A stretch of DNA of 64,000 nucleotides from Bacteriovoracaceae bacterium (GCA_018649885.1 JABIHA010000084.1:1-64000), one strand, 5' to 3'. Numbered from the stretch's first letter, positions 18,454 to 28,850 are shown. A program made the numbers and translations. The notes: a model not told the origin generated them from the sequence alone.

Positions 18454-19863
18454 ATGGAACAACAATTACTTGAAGTCTTCAACAAGCAAAAAGAAAATCG
18501 TTGGGCAATTTCTCAAACGGGTGCAGAGGATCGAATAAATAAGTTAACTAGTCTTAGAGACTCTATTATTGCAAGACAAGCTGAATTGCAGCAGGCTATT
18601 TATGATGACTTCGGAAAAAATCCTTCAGAGACGGACTTAACAGAAGTATTTCCAACAATTTCAGAGATAAACCACACTATTTCTCACCTGCGTTCCTGGA
18701 TGAGACCGACAAAGGTTAAAACTCCTCTAACTTTGTTTGGAACCACAAGCTATGTTCGATATGAGGCCAGGGGTCTGGTACTAATTCTCTCGCCTTGGAA
18801 CTATCCATTTAATTTGTTGATTAATCCACTTGTTGCTGCAATCGCAGCTGGCAACTGTGTAATTGTTAAACCCTCTAGTAAAGTTCCGCATACCTCCAAA
18901 TTTATTAAAAGTTTTCTTGGTGATTTATTCGACGAAAATGAAGTGGCAGTATTTGAAGGAAGCTCACAAGTATCAAATAAACTTTTAGAATTTCCATTTG
19001 ATCATATATTTTTTACAGGAAGTCCAAGAATTGGAAAAGTTGTAATGGAAGCTGCTTCTAAAAACCTAGCGACAGTGACTTTGGAGCTGGGAGGTAAATC
19101 TCCAGTAATTGTTGATCAGAGTGCTGACCTAGAAAAGGCCGCTGAGAGAATTATGTGGGGGAAATTTATTAATGCAGGACAAACTTGTGTGGCACCTGAC
19201 TATCTTCTCATTCATAAATCTCGTGAGAGTGAGTTTATCTCTCGGGCAAAAAAAATCATTGCCGCAAGATATGGAGAGACTGAAACCGATAGAAAGGAAA
19301 GTAAGTGTTTTGCCAGATTAGTGAGTGAGGGAAGTCTGACAAATTTAAAAGCAATACTCGATAAAAGTGTAGAGCAAGGTGCAAAAATAGAAATTGGTGG
19401 AGAGTTTGATCAAGACTCCAGGTTTCTTTCTCCAACGCTTTTGTCAGGAGTTAAAAATGATTCCTGCATTATGGAAGATGAAATTTTTGGACCCATACTC
19501 CCCATAATCACCTATGAGAAGACGGATGAAATTTTTGACATTATAAGACAAAGAGAAAAACCTCTCGCTCTCTATATTTTCAGTGAAGATGAATCAAAAG
19601 TTGAAAAAATAATGTCAGGAACGACTGCTGGTGGGACTTGTATAAATTCTCTTATTCTCCACTTGGCCAATCCTGATCTTCCTTTTGGGGGAGTAGGTAA
19701 TAGTGGAATGGGTAATTACCATGGGCTTTTTGGTTTTAGGACCCTCTCGCATGAAAGGGCCGTGCTAAAACAAACTAAAATTTTCGATTCACTTAAGCTT
19801 TTTTACCCACCTTACACCCCTACAGTGAAGAAGATGATCCAATTTGCTACTAAGTATCTCTAG
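18454..19863 (+). CDS. Aldehyde dehydrogenase (ALDH3/fatty-aldehyde-like)
   Basis: SPWNYP, FTGS, LELGGKSP, NAGQTCVAPD, EIFGP, PFGGVG. Confidence 0.95.
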   Translation: MEQQLLEVFNKQKENRWAISQTGAEDRINKLTSLRDSIIARQAELQQAIYDDFGKNPSETDLTEVFPTISEINHTISHLRSWMRPTKVKTPLTLFGTTSYVRYEARGLVLILSPWNYPFNLLINPLVAAIAAGNCVIVKPSSKVPHTSKFIKSFLGDLFDENEVAVFEGSSQVSNKLLEFPFDHIFFTGSPRIGKVVMEAASKNLATVTLELGGKSPVIVDQSADLEKAAERIMWGKFINAGQTCVAPDYLLIHKSRESEFISRAKKIIAARYGETETDRKESKCFARLVSEGSLTNLKAILDKSVEQGAKIEIGGEFDQDSRFLSPTLLSGVKNDSCIMEDEIFGPILPIITYEKTDEIFDIIRQREKPLALYIFSEDESKVEKIMSGTTAGGTCINSLILHLANPDLPFGGVGNSGMGNYHGLFGFRTLSHERAVLKQTKIFDSLKLFYPPYTPTVKKMIQFATKYL

Positions 19864-19927
19864 CGAAAAGACGCTGTGCATGTCGGTTTTTTTTGTCAAA
19901 GAGAACTTCAGTGCATACAATTCATGA

Positions 19928-20926
19928 GTGGGACCTAAAGGTATTTTAAAACTTTCATTTTCATTTTTGCTTCTTCTACTATTTGGAAGTTACACCTATC
20001 ACTATCTTGAAGGCTGGGGCCTTCTAGATTCTCTTTACATGACCTTTATTACTCTTAGTACAGTCGGTTACGGAGAAGTTCATGAGTTAAGTGATAGTGG
20101 AAGAATTTTTACCATGTTTTTGATTCTGGGAGGAGTTGGGCACATGGCCTACTTCATGGCAGTTATTTTTCACCTCATTATCGATATGAGGTTTAATACA
20201 TTTTTTAGGAGAGACAAAATGAGTAAGTCCATCGAAAAGCTAAAAGGTCACACAATTATTTGTGGATACGGGCAAATGGGAAAACTTATCTCTGAGGAGA
20301 TGATAAAAAATCATCACCCATTTGTAATCATCGATAGTAATTCTGAGTTAGAAGAGGAATTAAAAAAAGCTGGGGTGTACTACGTTATAGGAAATGGTTC
20401 TGATGACTCTATTCTGGAAACAGCAGGAATTGATCGTGCAGCTAGCCTGGTAACTACTGTCACAAATGACTCTGAAAACGTATTTATTACCTTAACTGCA
20501 AAAACTCTCAATAAGGATATTAGAATTATTTCGAGAGTATTTGATGACTCTACAATACCTAAACTTAAAAAGGCTGGTGCTTTCAAAATCATTTCGCCTT
20601 ATGCACAGGCTTCACAAAAGATGGCACAAAGCATTATTAATCCAGCTGTTGACGATTTTCTTGAAGTCATTTCTAACGAAGGAAGAACTGAGTACCGAAT
20701 TGCAGATATAATAGTAAAAGATAAAATGCAATGTGCAGGAAAGGCCTTAAAAGATATCAAACTTAAAGAACAAGGTGTCATTATTGTAGGTATTCGAAGA
20801 GAAAATGGTGAAAGAATATTTGCACCTCATAAAGATGTCACTATTGAGCTTGGTGATCAACTTATTGCCATGGGCTCCGGAGCGAATTTTACAGAGCTAA
20901 TAAGCTCAATGACACAAGAAAACTAA
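19928..20926 (+). CDS. Potassium channel with RCK (TrkA-N/C) domains
   Basis: Filter TVGYG, two TM helices, ICGYGQMG Rossmann motif. Confidence 0.93.
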   Translation: MGPKGILKLSFSFLLLLLFGSYTYHYLEGWGLLDSLYMTFITLSTVGYGEVHELSDSGRIFTMFLILGGVGHMAYFMAVIFHLIIDMRFNTFFRRDKMSKSIEKLKGHTIICGYGQMGKLISEEMIKNHHPFVIIDSNSELEEELKKAGVYYVIGNGSDDSILETAGIDRAASLVTTVTNDSENVFITLTAKTLNKDIRIISRVFDDSTIPKLKKAGAFKIISPYAQASQKMAQSIINPAVDDFLEVISNEGRTEYRIADIIVKDKMQCAGKALKDIKLKEQGVIIVGIRRENGERIFAPHKDVTIELGDQLIAMGSGANFTELISSMTQEN

Positions 20927-21006
20927 TTTTTAGTTGTAGAAAATACAATACCGTCTAAAAACTCTTTTGAGTATTTAGCAGCGGAGCTTAAAAAAAGAAA
21001 ATAGAC

Positions 21007-21918
21007 TCAATCTTTAATTAAATCCAGGCCTTTTTTTTCAAAGACTTCTCGATGGATGAGCTCATCTGGTTCGTAGATATCAGCAGCTCGTCCAATTATA
21101 GATGGATTTATAGCTTTGACAGTTGCTTCATCACGACCATCATAATTTATAGAGTTAAGCACATACCTTAAGGTATTTAGTCTTGCTCTTTTCTTATCAT
21201 CACTTCTAATTACGATCCAGGGGCAATCAGGAGTATCAGTAAAGAAGAACATGCTTTCTTTGGCCTCTGTATATTTTGACCACAGACTGAGGGAAGCTAT
21301 ATCCATAGGGCTGATTTTCCATTGTTTAAGGGGATCTAAAATTCTTCCAATGAATCGTCTCAGCTGTTCTTCTCTGCTCACTGAAAACCAGAATTTATAA
21401 AATGTAATTCCACTGCTGATGAGCATTCTTTCAAAATTTGGTGTTTGAGCTACAAAATTCATATATTCGCGCTCGCTACAAAAGTCCATTACCTTTTCAA
21501 CGCCTGCTCTATTATACCAAGATCGGTCAAATAAGACGATTTCACCATGAGTTGGAAGTTGTGAAATATAGCGCTGAAAATACCACTGTCCCTGTTCTAC
21601 ATTTGTGGGTTTTTCGAGTGCCACAACTCTTGCCCCCCTGGGATTCAAGTGTTCTGTAAATCTTTTAATGGTACCACCTTTCCCGGCAGCATCTCTTCCC
21701 TCAAAAACCATGACCAAGCGGTTTCCCGTTTTTTTAAACCAGTTTTGCATTTTAACAAGTTCAACTTGGAGTAGTTTTTTATCTTTTTCGTATTCAACAC
21801 GTCCCATTTTCTTTTTATAGGGATAGTGAGCACTGATAATATCGTTTTTTCCAGCACCTTTAATTTTATTGATAATTTTTTTTGGAACGAGTTCTTTTTT
21901 GATCAGATAATCATACAA
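21007..21918 (-). CDS. ppk2: Polyphosphate kinase 2
   Basis: EGRDAAGKGG, FDRSWYNRAGVE, WKISPMD. The frame is open further upstream, with a possible ATA start at 21972/21978. Confidence 0.95.
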   Translation of the reverse strand: MYDYLIKKELVPKKIINKIKGAGKNDIISAHYPYKKKMGRVEYEKDKKLLQVELVKMQNWFKKTGNRLVMVFEGRDAAGKGGTIKRFTEHLNPRGARVVALEKPTNVEQGQWYFQRYISQLPTHGEIVLFDRSWYNRAGVEKVMDFCSEREYMNFVAQTPNFERMLISSGITFYKFWFSVSREEQLRRFIGRILDPLKQWKISPMDIASLSLWSKYTEAKESMFFFTDTPDCPWIVIRSDDKKRARLNTLRYVLNSINYDGRDEATVKAINPSIIGRAADIYEPDELIHREVFEKKGLDLIKD

Positions 21919-22225
21919 GGCTTCATCGCCATCTTGTGCATGTATTCTTATTTCTTTAACTAAGTCTTCTATTTCTATTCTTCCTTGCTATAGCGATATA
22001 CCACTATTTTACACAATATTGGCCAATAAATATTAAAGAGAAACTATTTCCAGGGCTAATCACCGAAGCCAAAATAAGTTGGCGCAATTGAAAAGATCAA
22101 AGTAAAGACGATTCATAAGATCTTGAAAACATGAATGATCGATGAAAATTATTTAGGGCCAGATTCTCATATGTTACTATTTGCCTTGGTAGGGAAAATG
22201 AACTCTGATCAGTTTGGGATGACAA

Positions 22226-22984
22226 ATGTCAATGTTGAAGCGATTAAAAAAAGATGGAGCTGATGGCTTTAAAAAAATGGTGAAAACTATTGAAACCATC
22301 GATCCCACAAAGCAAAGAGATGTGGTAACTGCAGGAATTCTTGAAGATGCCAATTATATGATGTGGGTTCAAAAAAACTTAATAGATATTGGTGATGTTT
22401 TAGGACTTTCAAGTGAAGAGTTCCAAACTCTTGTTGATCAAACTCCAAACTTCCCATTGATTTTAAATATCGCTTTTAGAAATCACCAGCTAGAAGAAAA
22501 AATGCTTTCTTTGATTGATTTAAAGCAAAGGAAAAAATATGAAGAAGAAAAAGAATATACACTGAGTGTTACAGTATCCCAACAAAGAAGTGCTCAAATA
22601 ACATTGCTAGAAAGAGTCAGGCACCTGCAAGATCAGGGATTAATTAACTCTATTTTTTGGAAGTTTCCCAGCACTGATGTTCTCTATGGAAAATGTGCAT
22701 TACCCTCAGATGGTGTATGGTCACAAAAATTTGAAAATGGATCTCCCAGTGCAGTAGGTCCTCTTGCTCTTTATGAAAGGCATGGCAATTGGGTTCATTT
22801 CTTTCCCGATGGTTCTATTATGGCCAAAGGAGGCTATCTTCGAGGGCAAAAAAGTGGAAAGTGGGAGTTCTATTCTCCTGCGGGTGAATTGGTTGCCCAG
22901 GGCCTGTATGAGTCTGACCATAAAAAAGGGGAGTGGCTTATTTGGGACGATGACGGTAAATTGATAAAACAAAAAGTGGCTTAA
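22226..22984 (+). CDS. FliG C-terminal-like domain fused to MORN-variant/YwqK repeats
   Basis: Helical N-terminal region ending AQITLLERVRHLQDQGLI, resembling FliG-C; C-terminal repeats G.W..F..DG...AKG.Y..G.K.G.W. Confidence 0.6.
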   Translation: MSMLKRLKKDGADGFKKMVKTIETIDPTKQRDVVTAGILEDANYMMWVQKNLIDIGDVLGLSSEEFQTLVDQTPNFPLILNIAFRNHQLEEKMLSLIDLKQRKKYEEEKEYTLSVTVSQQRSAQITLLERVRHLQDQGLINSIFWKFPSTDVLYGKCALPSDGVWSQKFENGSPSAVGPLALYERHGNWVHFFPDGSIMAKGGYLRGQKSGKWEFYSPAGELVAQGLYESDHKKGEWLIWDDDGKLIKQKVA

Positions 22985-22987
22985 GTA

Positions 22988-23710
22988 TTATTGATAGAGA
23001 CAGGATTCCAATCTCTTTTGACAAGCATCATGCTGCCTTGAAAGTCTTTCTACATATTTTGCCCGTTCAAGTAATTTTCTCATCTGGTAGTTAAAAGGTA
23101 TAAACCTATCTTTTTCAGTTAGTTTACAAGTGATGGTAGGAAAAATAGTCTTTGCTCCTTCAACATCATAAACAACTTGTTTTTTTATCTGACGACAAGA
23201 CATTTTGGGCTTAACAAGGGAAAAGTATTGCATATGGTCTTCATCAGAAAATTGATTCTTCTTTCCCCTTATACCACATTTCATTTTACTGATCTTGGAC
23301 TTACAGCCTGCTATTCCATCAATATACTTTTGCCCCGGCTTAAGGTAATCAAAGAGTTTTTGTAATCCGACCTTGTATTTTATAAAGTCAAAGATGATAT
23401 CTTTCCTTGCACATCTAATCAGTGATGTCGCAAATTTTCTAGCTCCAATATTGTATTTGAAATGACCAATACCATAGCAGTATAAGCTTTTTGGGATACT
23501 CTTTACGTGGGGAAGCTCTGATAATGGAGCATATATATTACAGCCCTCGTTATTTCTCAAAGATTTTTGGTCCTGACTAATACAGTTCTTTGGCGTGCAA
23601 AACCCATTGAGGTAATATGCCGTCTTGCTTGAGTATGCCAACTTACACTTTTGAAGAGCAAATGCGTTGGAAGCTCCTAAAATAATTATCATGGTAAATA
23701 ATTTGATCAA
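22988..23710 (-). CDS. Hypothetical secreted, Cys-rich basic protein
   Basis: GGAG RBS plus TTG, signal peptide (AFA), many Cys. Confidence 0.75.
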   Translation of the reverse strand: MIKLFTMIIILGASNAFALQKCKLAYSSKTAYYLNGFCTPKNCISQDQKSLRNNEGCNIYAPLSELPHVKSIPKSLYCYGIGHFKYNIGARKFATSLIRCARKDIIFDFIKYKVGLQKLFDYLKPGQKYIDGIAGCKSKISKMKCGIRGKKNQFSDEDHMQYFSLVKPKMSCRQIKKQVVYDVEGAKTIFPTITCKLTEKDRFIPFNYQMRKLLERAKYVERLSRQHDACQKRLESCLYQ

Positions 23711-24113
23711 AAAATTCTCCTATGACTATATTATGAATTTTAAACATAATTTGCAAAGAAAGGTGTTTGCTCTAAATAATCTATTTCTGAGTATTTCAGT
23801 TTGGATTGGTTCTAAGACTTGCATAAAATTTAGAAATGTGGAAAACTCATTTTTTTAGCCCCACTAGTGCAAGAACTATTAATCTTGTTAACTCCTATTT
23901 CAATGGATATTGGCAGTAAAGTAATGGTAGTTACCCTACTTTGCAGAACTCTGGCTCTTCAATAAATTAACCTGTTAGAGTTAGCCTTTGTTATAATTGT
24001 GTATATTAATTAGACACCATCAGTAATGTTTTCTAAAGACCAGCTTCGAGTAGATTTAAACTCTTGATGATACTAAAATTACCTACTTTCTATAACATGG
24101 CTGGGGGGCTGAC

Positions 24114-25499
24114 TTGAAATTTACTTTCATCTCTATTTTGGTATTTTTGACGTCTGGCTTGGTCTTTGCTGGATCTGATAGTGCAGGAGGTGGCGGATCA
24201 CAAAAAATGAAGTCCCACAGATTTTCAAAAGATCCAATCAGAAAAATTAGTTTAAAAAAATCCATAACTCTTTTAAGAGAAAAATTAAATGAAAATCTTC
24301 TAAAAGAATGTGATGTCATTGAGCCATTTTACCTGCCAATATATAAAGATTGTAAGTATCCAAAAAGCTTTACCACGGCGGTTTTAGATGATTTGAATAG
24401 GCTTGAAGCGATGAATGATTTTTTCTTTTTGAAGAAACATTTCAGTGTTGGATTTCAAGGTATTTATTCTCATACTCCGAGTTCTCACTCAGCATTTACC
24501 AAAAAACTTCCTGGTTCAGCAATTTACTTTGGTAAAAGTGTGCGGAAGACCATGCTCAAAAAATATCAATTTGCGAAGTTGATTTTACATGAAATATTGC
24601 ATCATGTTTTACTGGGTAAACTTGGCTCAGATGAGGCCTTAATTGAAGATGTCGCAGAGGATATTATTCTAAATAAAGGCCTTCGAAGTTCAGGTCTAAA
24701 GACTAAAATTTCGGAGCAATTTTTCTATCAACGAAATCACACCAAAGATTACCAAGACCAAGCATTGAAATTTGTTAAAGTGGAGAAGAATTTTTTTGAA
24801 AGTCTATCAAGTCTGCTAGGTAGAGAAGTGGCTTTTGAGAATTTTTCATGGAGTGATCTAAAGTTTATTTTAGATGAAAGGCTGGGACATTCTTTAAAAA
24901 TATTAGCTCCATCTGGAGTTCCAATAGGTGGATTTAGGTTTTCTAGTAAAGGGATTATTACATCAGCCTATTTATGTGACTCAGGGATATTTTGTCATAT
25001 AACAGAAATAGAATCTACAAAATGGAACATTTCATTATTAAAGACTAATTTAATAGAGACTGCCTCTATTTATTCAACTGCCTATTCCTTTCAAAGTGAT
25101 AATATCTTTTATAGAAGTGCTCAAACTTCGAGTGATGCACATTATTCAATTGTCATGAAATATCTATTTGGCGAAGTTCCTTCAACCCTTGCACTTTCTT
25201 ATCCTGGCATTAATGCTTTAATCGATCAAACCAATGAAGTAGTACATAAGTCAGATGGAATTATTTTTTATCGTAGAAGCCTAGGCGAAATTCAATTTTC
25301 TGTAAGTGTTGATCTGATGGGGGAAGTCACCTCTATTAGCTTCACATCTAATATTGGATTTTCATCAAATTTGATGGGCCTGTGGTCACAACTTTACCTT
25401 TTTGATTCAAGCCTTGAAGTTGGTAGCCCTACAATGAATTATATGATGAGATGTATTTTAAAGGGAGAGAATAGGAAGTCTTGCCAAGTGATATATTAG
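24114..25499 (+). CDS. Hypothetical secreted protein with HEXXH motif
   Basis: Signal peptide, GSDSAGGGG, LILHEILHH. Confidence 0.75.
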   Translation: MKFTFISILVFLTSGLVFAGSDSAGGGGSQKMKSHRFSKDPIRKISLKKSITLLREKLNENLLKECDVIEPFYLPIYKDCKYPKSFTTAVLDDLNRLEAMNDFFFLKKHFSVGFQGIYSHTPSSHSAFTKKLPGSAIYFGKSVRKTMLKKYQFAKLILHEILHHVLLGKLGSDEALIEDVAEDIILNKGLRSSGLKTKISEQFFYQRNHTKDYQDQALKFVKVEKNFFESLSSLLGREVAFENFSWSDLKFILDERLGHSLKILAPSGVPIGGFRFSSKGIITSAYLCDSGIFCHITEIESTKWNISLLKTNLIETASIYSTAYSFQSDNIFYRSAQTSSDAHYSIVMKYLFGEVPSTLALSYPGINALIDQTNEVVHKSDGIIFYRRSLGEIQFSVSVDLMGEVTSISFTSNIGFSSNLMGLWSQLYLFDSSLEVGSPTMNYMMRCILKGENRKSCQVIY

Positions 25500-25500
25500 T

Positions 25501-26205
25501 CTAGTTACTTGATTTTCTTTTTCTTTTTCTTTTTTTTCGGGCCCTCTTTTTTTGTCTTTCATCCAATTTCATATGGCGATCGAATAATCTTGAAGCCTTT
25601 GTCTCTTTGCGCTTTTTTTTCTCTGGGGATTTGGCTCTTTCACTACTGTCTTGTACCCTGCCTATCCTATTAACTGCCCCTTCCCATCTCTTCTCAGGCT
25701 TGCTCTTGCCCTGTCTAAACTCTCTTCTTTTTTGCCTCTCACTTAGCTTTATAGACCGGCTGAAAGCTTTTCCAAGTCTCTTTTCACGCCTTGCCTTTTT
25801 CTTGGGATCAGTTGTGGCTTCAAGTCTTGTGGCCTTTTTATCAAACCGGTTAAAACTCCGCCCCCACCGTTTTCCCTGTCTATGTGAGAGACCCTCTTTC
25901 TTTTTCTCTGCACGCGATTTTCCCAGTCTAGATTCTCTTCTTTTTTGTCTGTCACTGAGCTTGATATGTCGGCCGAAGGCCTTTCCAAATCTATTTTCAC
26001 GTCTTGTCTTTTTCTTAGGATCAGTTGTGGCTTCAAGTCTTGCAGCTTTTTTATCCATCCGATTAAAACTCCTGGCCCACTTTTTATCTTGCCTTTCTTT
26101 TAGTCGAGCTTTTCTTTCTTCAACTTTTTCAGCATTTGCTTCAACCGGTTGGTAAATAAATAGTATTGAACATAAAAGAACTAGAACCACCTGATTTAAA
26201 TTCAT
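25501..26205 (-). CDS. Extremely Lys/Arg-rich secreted repeat protein
   Basis: Signal peptide and three ~60-70 aa repeats (W.RSFNR.DKKA.RLEATTDPKKK.RRE); GGGGGG RBS. Confidence 0.85.
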   Translation of the reverse strand: MNLNQVVLVLLCSILFIYQPVEANAEKVEERKARLKERQDKKWARSFNRMDKKAARLEATTDPKKKTRRENRFGKAFGRHIKLSDRQKRRESRLGKSRAEKKKEGLSHRQGKRWGRSFNRFDKKATRLEATTDPKKKARREKRLGKAFSRSIKLSERQKRREFRQGKSKPEKRWEGAVNRIGRVQDSSERAKSPEKKKRKETKASRLFDRHMKLDERQKKRARKKRKRKRKSSN

Positions 26206-26241
26206 TTAACTGCCCCCCTATTTATTAATTGATTATATAGG

Positions 26242-26269
26242 TTATCGGCTGACTGAAAGAATATATTTA
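26242..26269 (-). promoter_or_regulatory. sigma28 (FliA)-like promoter
   Basis: Minus strand TAAA-N16-GCCGATAA, about 37 nt upstream of ATG 26205. Confidence 0.7.
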
Positions 26270-26300
26270 TGTAAGGTCATATTTTTCTAGGGAGTTATTT

Positions 26301-26663
26301 ATGGAGCCTGCATCAATTGTTTACCTCGAAATTCCGGCACCTGAGCCTAAAAGATCTGCTGAATTCTATCAAAGTCTCTTTGGTTGGGATGTAAGCTCCA
26401 GTAACCTAACTGATAAGCAGTACTGGATCTTTCGTTGTGGTGAAGGACAGTTGATGGGAGCCTTCGACTCAACAAAAGTTGTTTCTTCAGATGGAGTCAT
26501 TCTCTATATTAAGGTGGACGATATTGAGAGGGCCCTTGCGAAGATTAATTCTCAGGGTGGTGAAACTATCAGTGGGCGTTCGGAGATTGGGGGCGGCTTT
26601 GGTTACTCTGCCATGTTTCGAGACCCAAATGGAAACACCATTGGGCTTTGGGCCAAGGAGTAA
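26301..26663 (+). CDS. VOC/glyoxalase family protein
   Basis: FY..LFGW, V.DIE.AL, FRDPNGNTIGLW. Confidence 0.92.
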   Translation: MEPASIVYLEIPAPEPKRSAEFYQSLFGWDVSSSNLTDKQYWIFRCGEGQLMGAFDSTKVVSSDGVILYIKVDDIERALAKINSQGGETISGRSEIGGGFGYSAMFRDPNGNTIGLWAKE

Positions 26664-26775
26664 TTACCTACGAGATGCGTTATTTGGGAATTGGATCATA
26701 ATTTTAAGTTTCTTGTAGGCGTGTTTTGATCTTTATGTTAGCAATGCAGTATGACCTCATCGGAGTTATTCTAGT

Positions 26776-27954
26776 ATGCGACCATTAAATGCGCCTTGCG
26801 TCTTTTTGCTACTTCTTTCTACTACCACTCTACACGCAGTGGTAAACAAAATAGATATTCGTGTTGAACCATCAGAGTTTAGATCTCACCTTCAAATTGA
26901 AGACAAATTTGAATTTTCTTGGGCCAAGGCAAGTGTCAATGGGCAGCCTGAAGCCGCAGCCGAGCTTTCGACCAGAGGCAATTCTTGTCTTGGGGCACCC
27001 AGGAGATGTTTTAAAATAAAATTTGCTGAGGATATACGACTTAAAATAAGCGAAACCAAATTTTGGGAAGTGAAGAACTTCAATTTGACTAGTATGTGGC
27101 AGGACAATGGATATATTAATCACAAGATTGGTATGGGCCTGGCCAAAAAATTAAAGCTTTTAAGCCTTAAAAATACTTATGTTCTTTTGACTGTGAATAA
27201 GAAGCCTTATGGCCTCTACATAGCACTCCAAAAACCTACCAAAAATTTAAAAACTTCACCTTATGTGGCCAGAAGACGCGAAGAGGGTGAAGCGGACACT
27301 AAGAAATACCGGTCTAAAATTGCCGGCTCATACTCCGAGGCTGATTTCATCACTGCCTATGAGTCAATGTATGAAAGAATACAAAATAGAAACGACGAAA
27401 CTCTCTACGGCTTTTTGAAAGAGAGACTCAATATAGAAAATTATTTTAAGCTACTGGCCCTGCATACATTGCTCCGAAACGGAGATTATACAGATGAGCT
27501 CTTCTTTTATGCGAGGCCCCTAGAGCAGACACAGGGAAAAATCTATTTTGATATACTGCCATGGGACTTTGAGGACCTATTCTCTTCACCCCATGATGGA
27601 AAGCCAAACAAGAAGGCGGGGAAGAAGGGTTATTTTAAAAAAACCATTCTCTATTCTTTCGAAGATCCACTAGATATGGCAATAGCAAGAAACTCTAGCT
27701 TGTACCGTAAATTTTTGGCCCGCGCTAAAAATACACTTGAAATAGAGCTCACTGATGAAGTCATTGATCAGGTGATCAAAAAAGTTCACTCAAAAATAAC
27801 ACCATATCTCGACTTCCCAGGCGTTTACAGCGCTTCTAAAAGAGATGAGATCCATGATGACCAGGTTTACTCAAAAGGTTATATTTTAAACCTGCTCGAA
27901 AAAAGAAAGTCTGAACTTAAAAGTAGAAGAAAATTATTACTTAGAAAAATATAA
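26776..27954 (+). CDS. Secreted CotH-family kinase-like protein
   Basis: RGNS...RR.FKIKF, YGLY, N.D, LPWDFE; signal peptide. Confidence 0.8.
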   Translation: MRPLNAPCVFLLLLSTTTLHAVVNKIDIRVEPSEFRSHLQIEDKFEFSWAKASVNGQPEAAAELSTRGNSCLGAPRRCFKIKFAEDIRLKISETKFWEVKNFNLTSMWQDNGYINHKIGMGLAKKLKLLSLKNTYVLLTVNKKPYGLYIALQKPTKNLKTSPYVARRREEGEADTKKYRSKIAGSYSEADFITAYESMYERIQNRNDETLYGFLKERLNIENYFKLLALHTLLRNGDYTDELFFYARPLEQTQGKIYFDILPWDFEDLFSSPHDGKPNKKAGKKGYFKKTILYSFEDPLDMAIARNSSLYRKFLARAKNTLEIELTDEVIDQVIKKVHSKITPYLDFPGVYSASKRDEIHDDQVYSKGYILNLLEKRKSELKSRRKLLLRKI

Positions 27955-27965
27955 GGAGAGTAAAA

Positions 27966-28679
27966 ATGAAATTGGTACTATTAGTTTCTCTAATATTTTC
28001 ATCAAGCGTATTTGCTGGTGGAATTTGCGACAGAGGCGAAGATGTAAGAAACAAATTATTAAAAAATCTTGGAATGAAAAGATGTGCTGATGTTACAGCA
28101 AAAGACCTTGAAGAGGTTACAGATCTAGTGATCATTTATGATTGGGGAAATCACAAAGGTGATAAAACCAAAATGAAAACGATTACTAAAGAAGATCTTG
28201 CAGGACTTGTTAATTTAAACGAGCTCGTTATCCAATTTTCTGAAATTGAATCCCTTGCAGAAGATACTTTTTGGCACCTTAAGAACTTAAGAATGTTAGA
28301 TTTTTCTCATAACCTACTTAAAAAATTTCCTAAGAAATTATTCGCAGGACAAAAAGATCTAAGATATCTTGAGCTTGACTCTAACCCTATGGAAGGCGGA
28401 AAATTTCCAGTGGGACTATTTAAAGGACTTGAGTCAGTAGTTGAATTGGATCTAGATGAATTGGGTCTTACTGAAATTCAACCAGGACTATTTTCTGATC
28501 TCGGAAATCTAAAGTCTCTAGATTTAACTGAAAATGAATTAAATACATTTTCAGCTGATTCCTTTATGGGTCTTAGAGCACTTGAAGAGCTTGAGATACA
28601 AGGTAATCCACTTAAAGGACTTGATAAGAGTGTTTTTTCAAAATTTCCTAAGGGAACAGTTGTTTACGAATGGGAATAA
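27966..28679 (+). CDS. Secreted leucine-rich repeat protein
   Basis: Signal peptide and about six 24-aa LxxLxLxxN..F repeats. Confidence 0.92.
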   Translation: MKLVLLVSLIFSSSVFAGGICDRGEDVRNKLLKNLGMKRCADVTAKDLEEVTDLVIIYDWGNHKGDKTKMKTITKEDLAGLVNLNELVIQFSEIESLAEDTFWHLKNLRMLDFSHNLLKKFPKKLFAGQKDLRYLELDSNPMEGGKFPVGLFKGLESVVELDLDELGLTEIQPGLFSDLGNLKSLDLTENELNTFSADSFMGLRALEELEIQGNPLKGLDKSVFSKFPKGTVVYEWE

Positions 28680-28701
28680 TAGTTTAATTATTTAGAATTA
28701 G

Positions 28702-28721
28702 GGGCCCTGAGCATAGGGCCC
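28702..28721 (+). terminator. Hairpin terminator after the LRR gene
   Basis: gggccct-gagcat-agggccc. Confidence 0.6.
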
Positions 28722-28823
28722 TATCCTTGTCTTTTATTCCTTCAAATATTCAGCTTGTTGCTCATATCCGACCAGATTGGACAGGTACATTGGTCCATAC
28801 CATCCCTAGATAATAATCTGAGT

Positions 28824-28850
28824 TAAGAACTATAAAAATAAAGCCGAAAT
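28824..28850 (+). promoter_or_regulatory. sigma28-like promoter
   Basis: TAAG-N15-GCCGAAAT, 30 nt before ATG 28881. Confidence 0.5.

Noticed and set aside
23860..23970. Fragment PTSARTINLVNSYFNGYWQ*SNGSYPTL resembling a GLUG-protein C-terminus
   Set aside because: Too short and interrupted to support without a homology search.
25607..26155. 182-aa plus-strand Leu/Phe/Ser-rich ORF
   Set aside because: Antisense shadow of the Lys/Arg-rich gene, which has the RBS, signal peptide and promoter.
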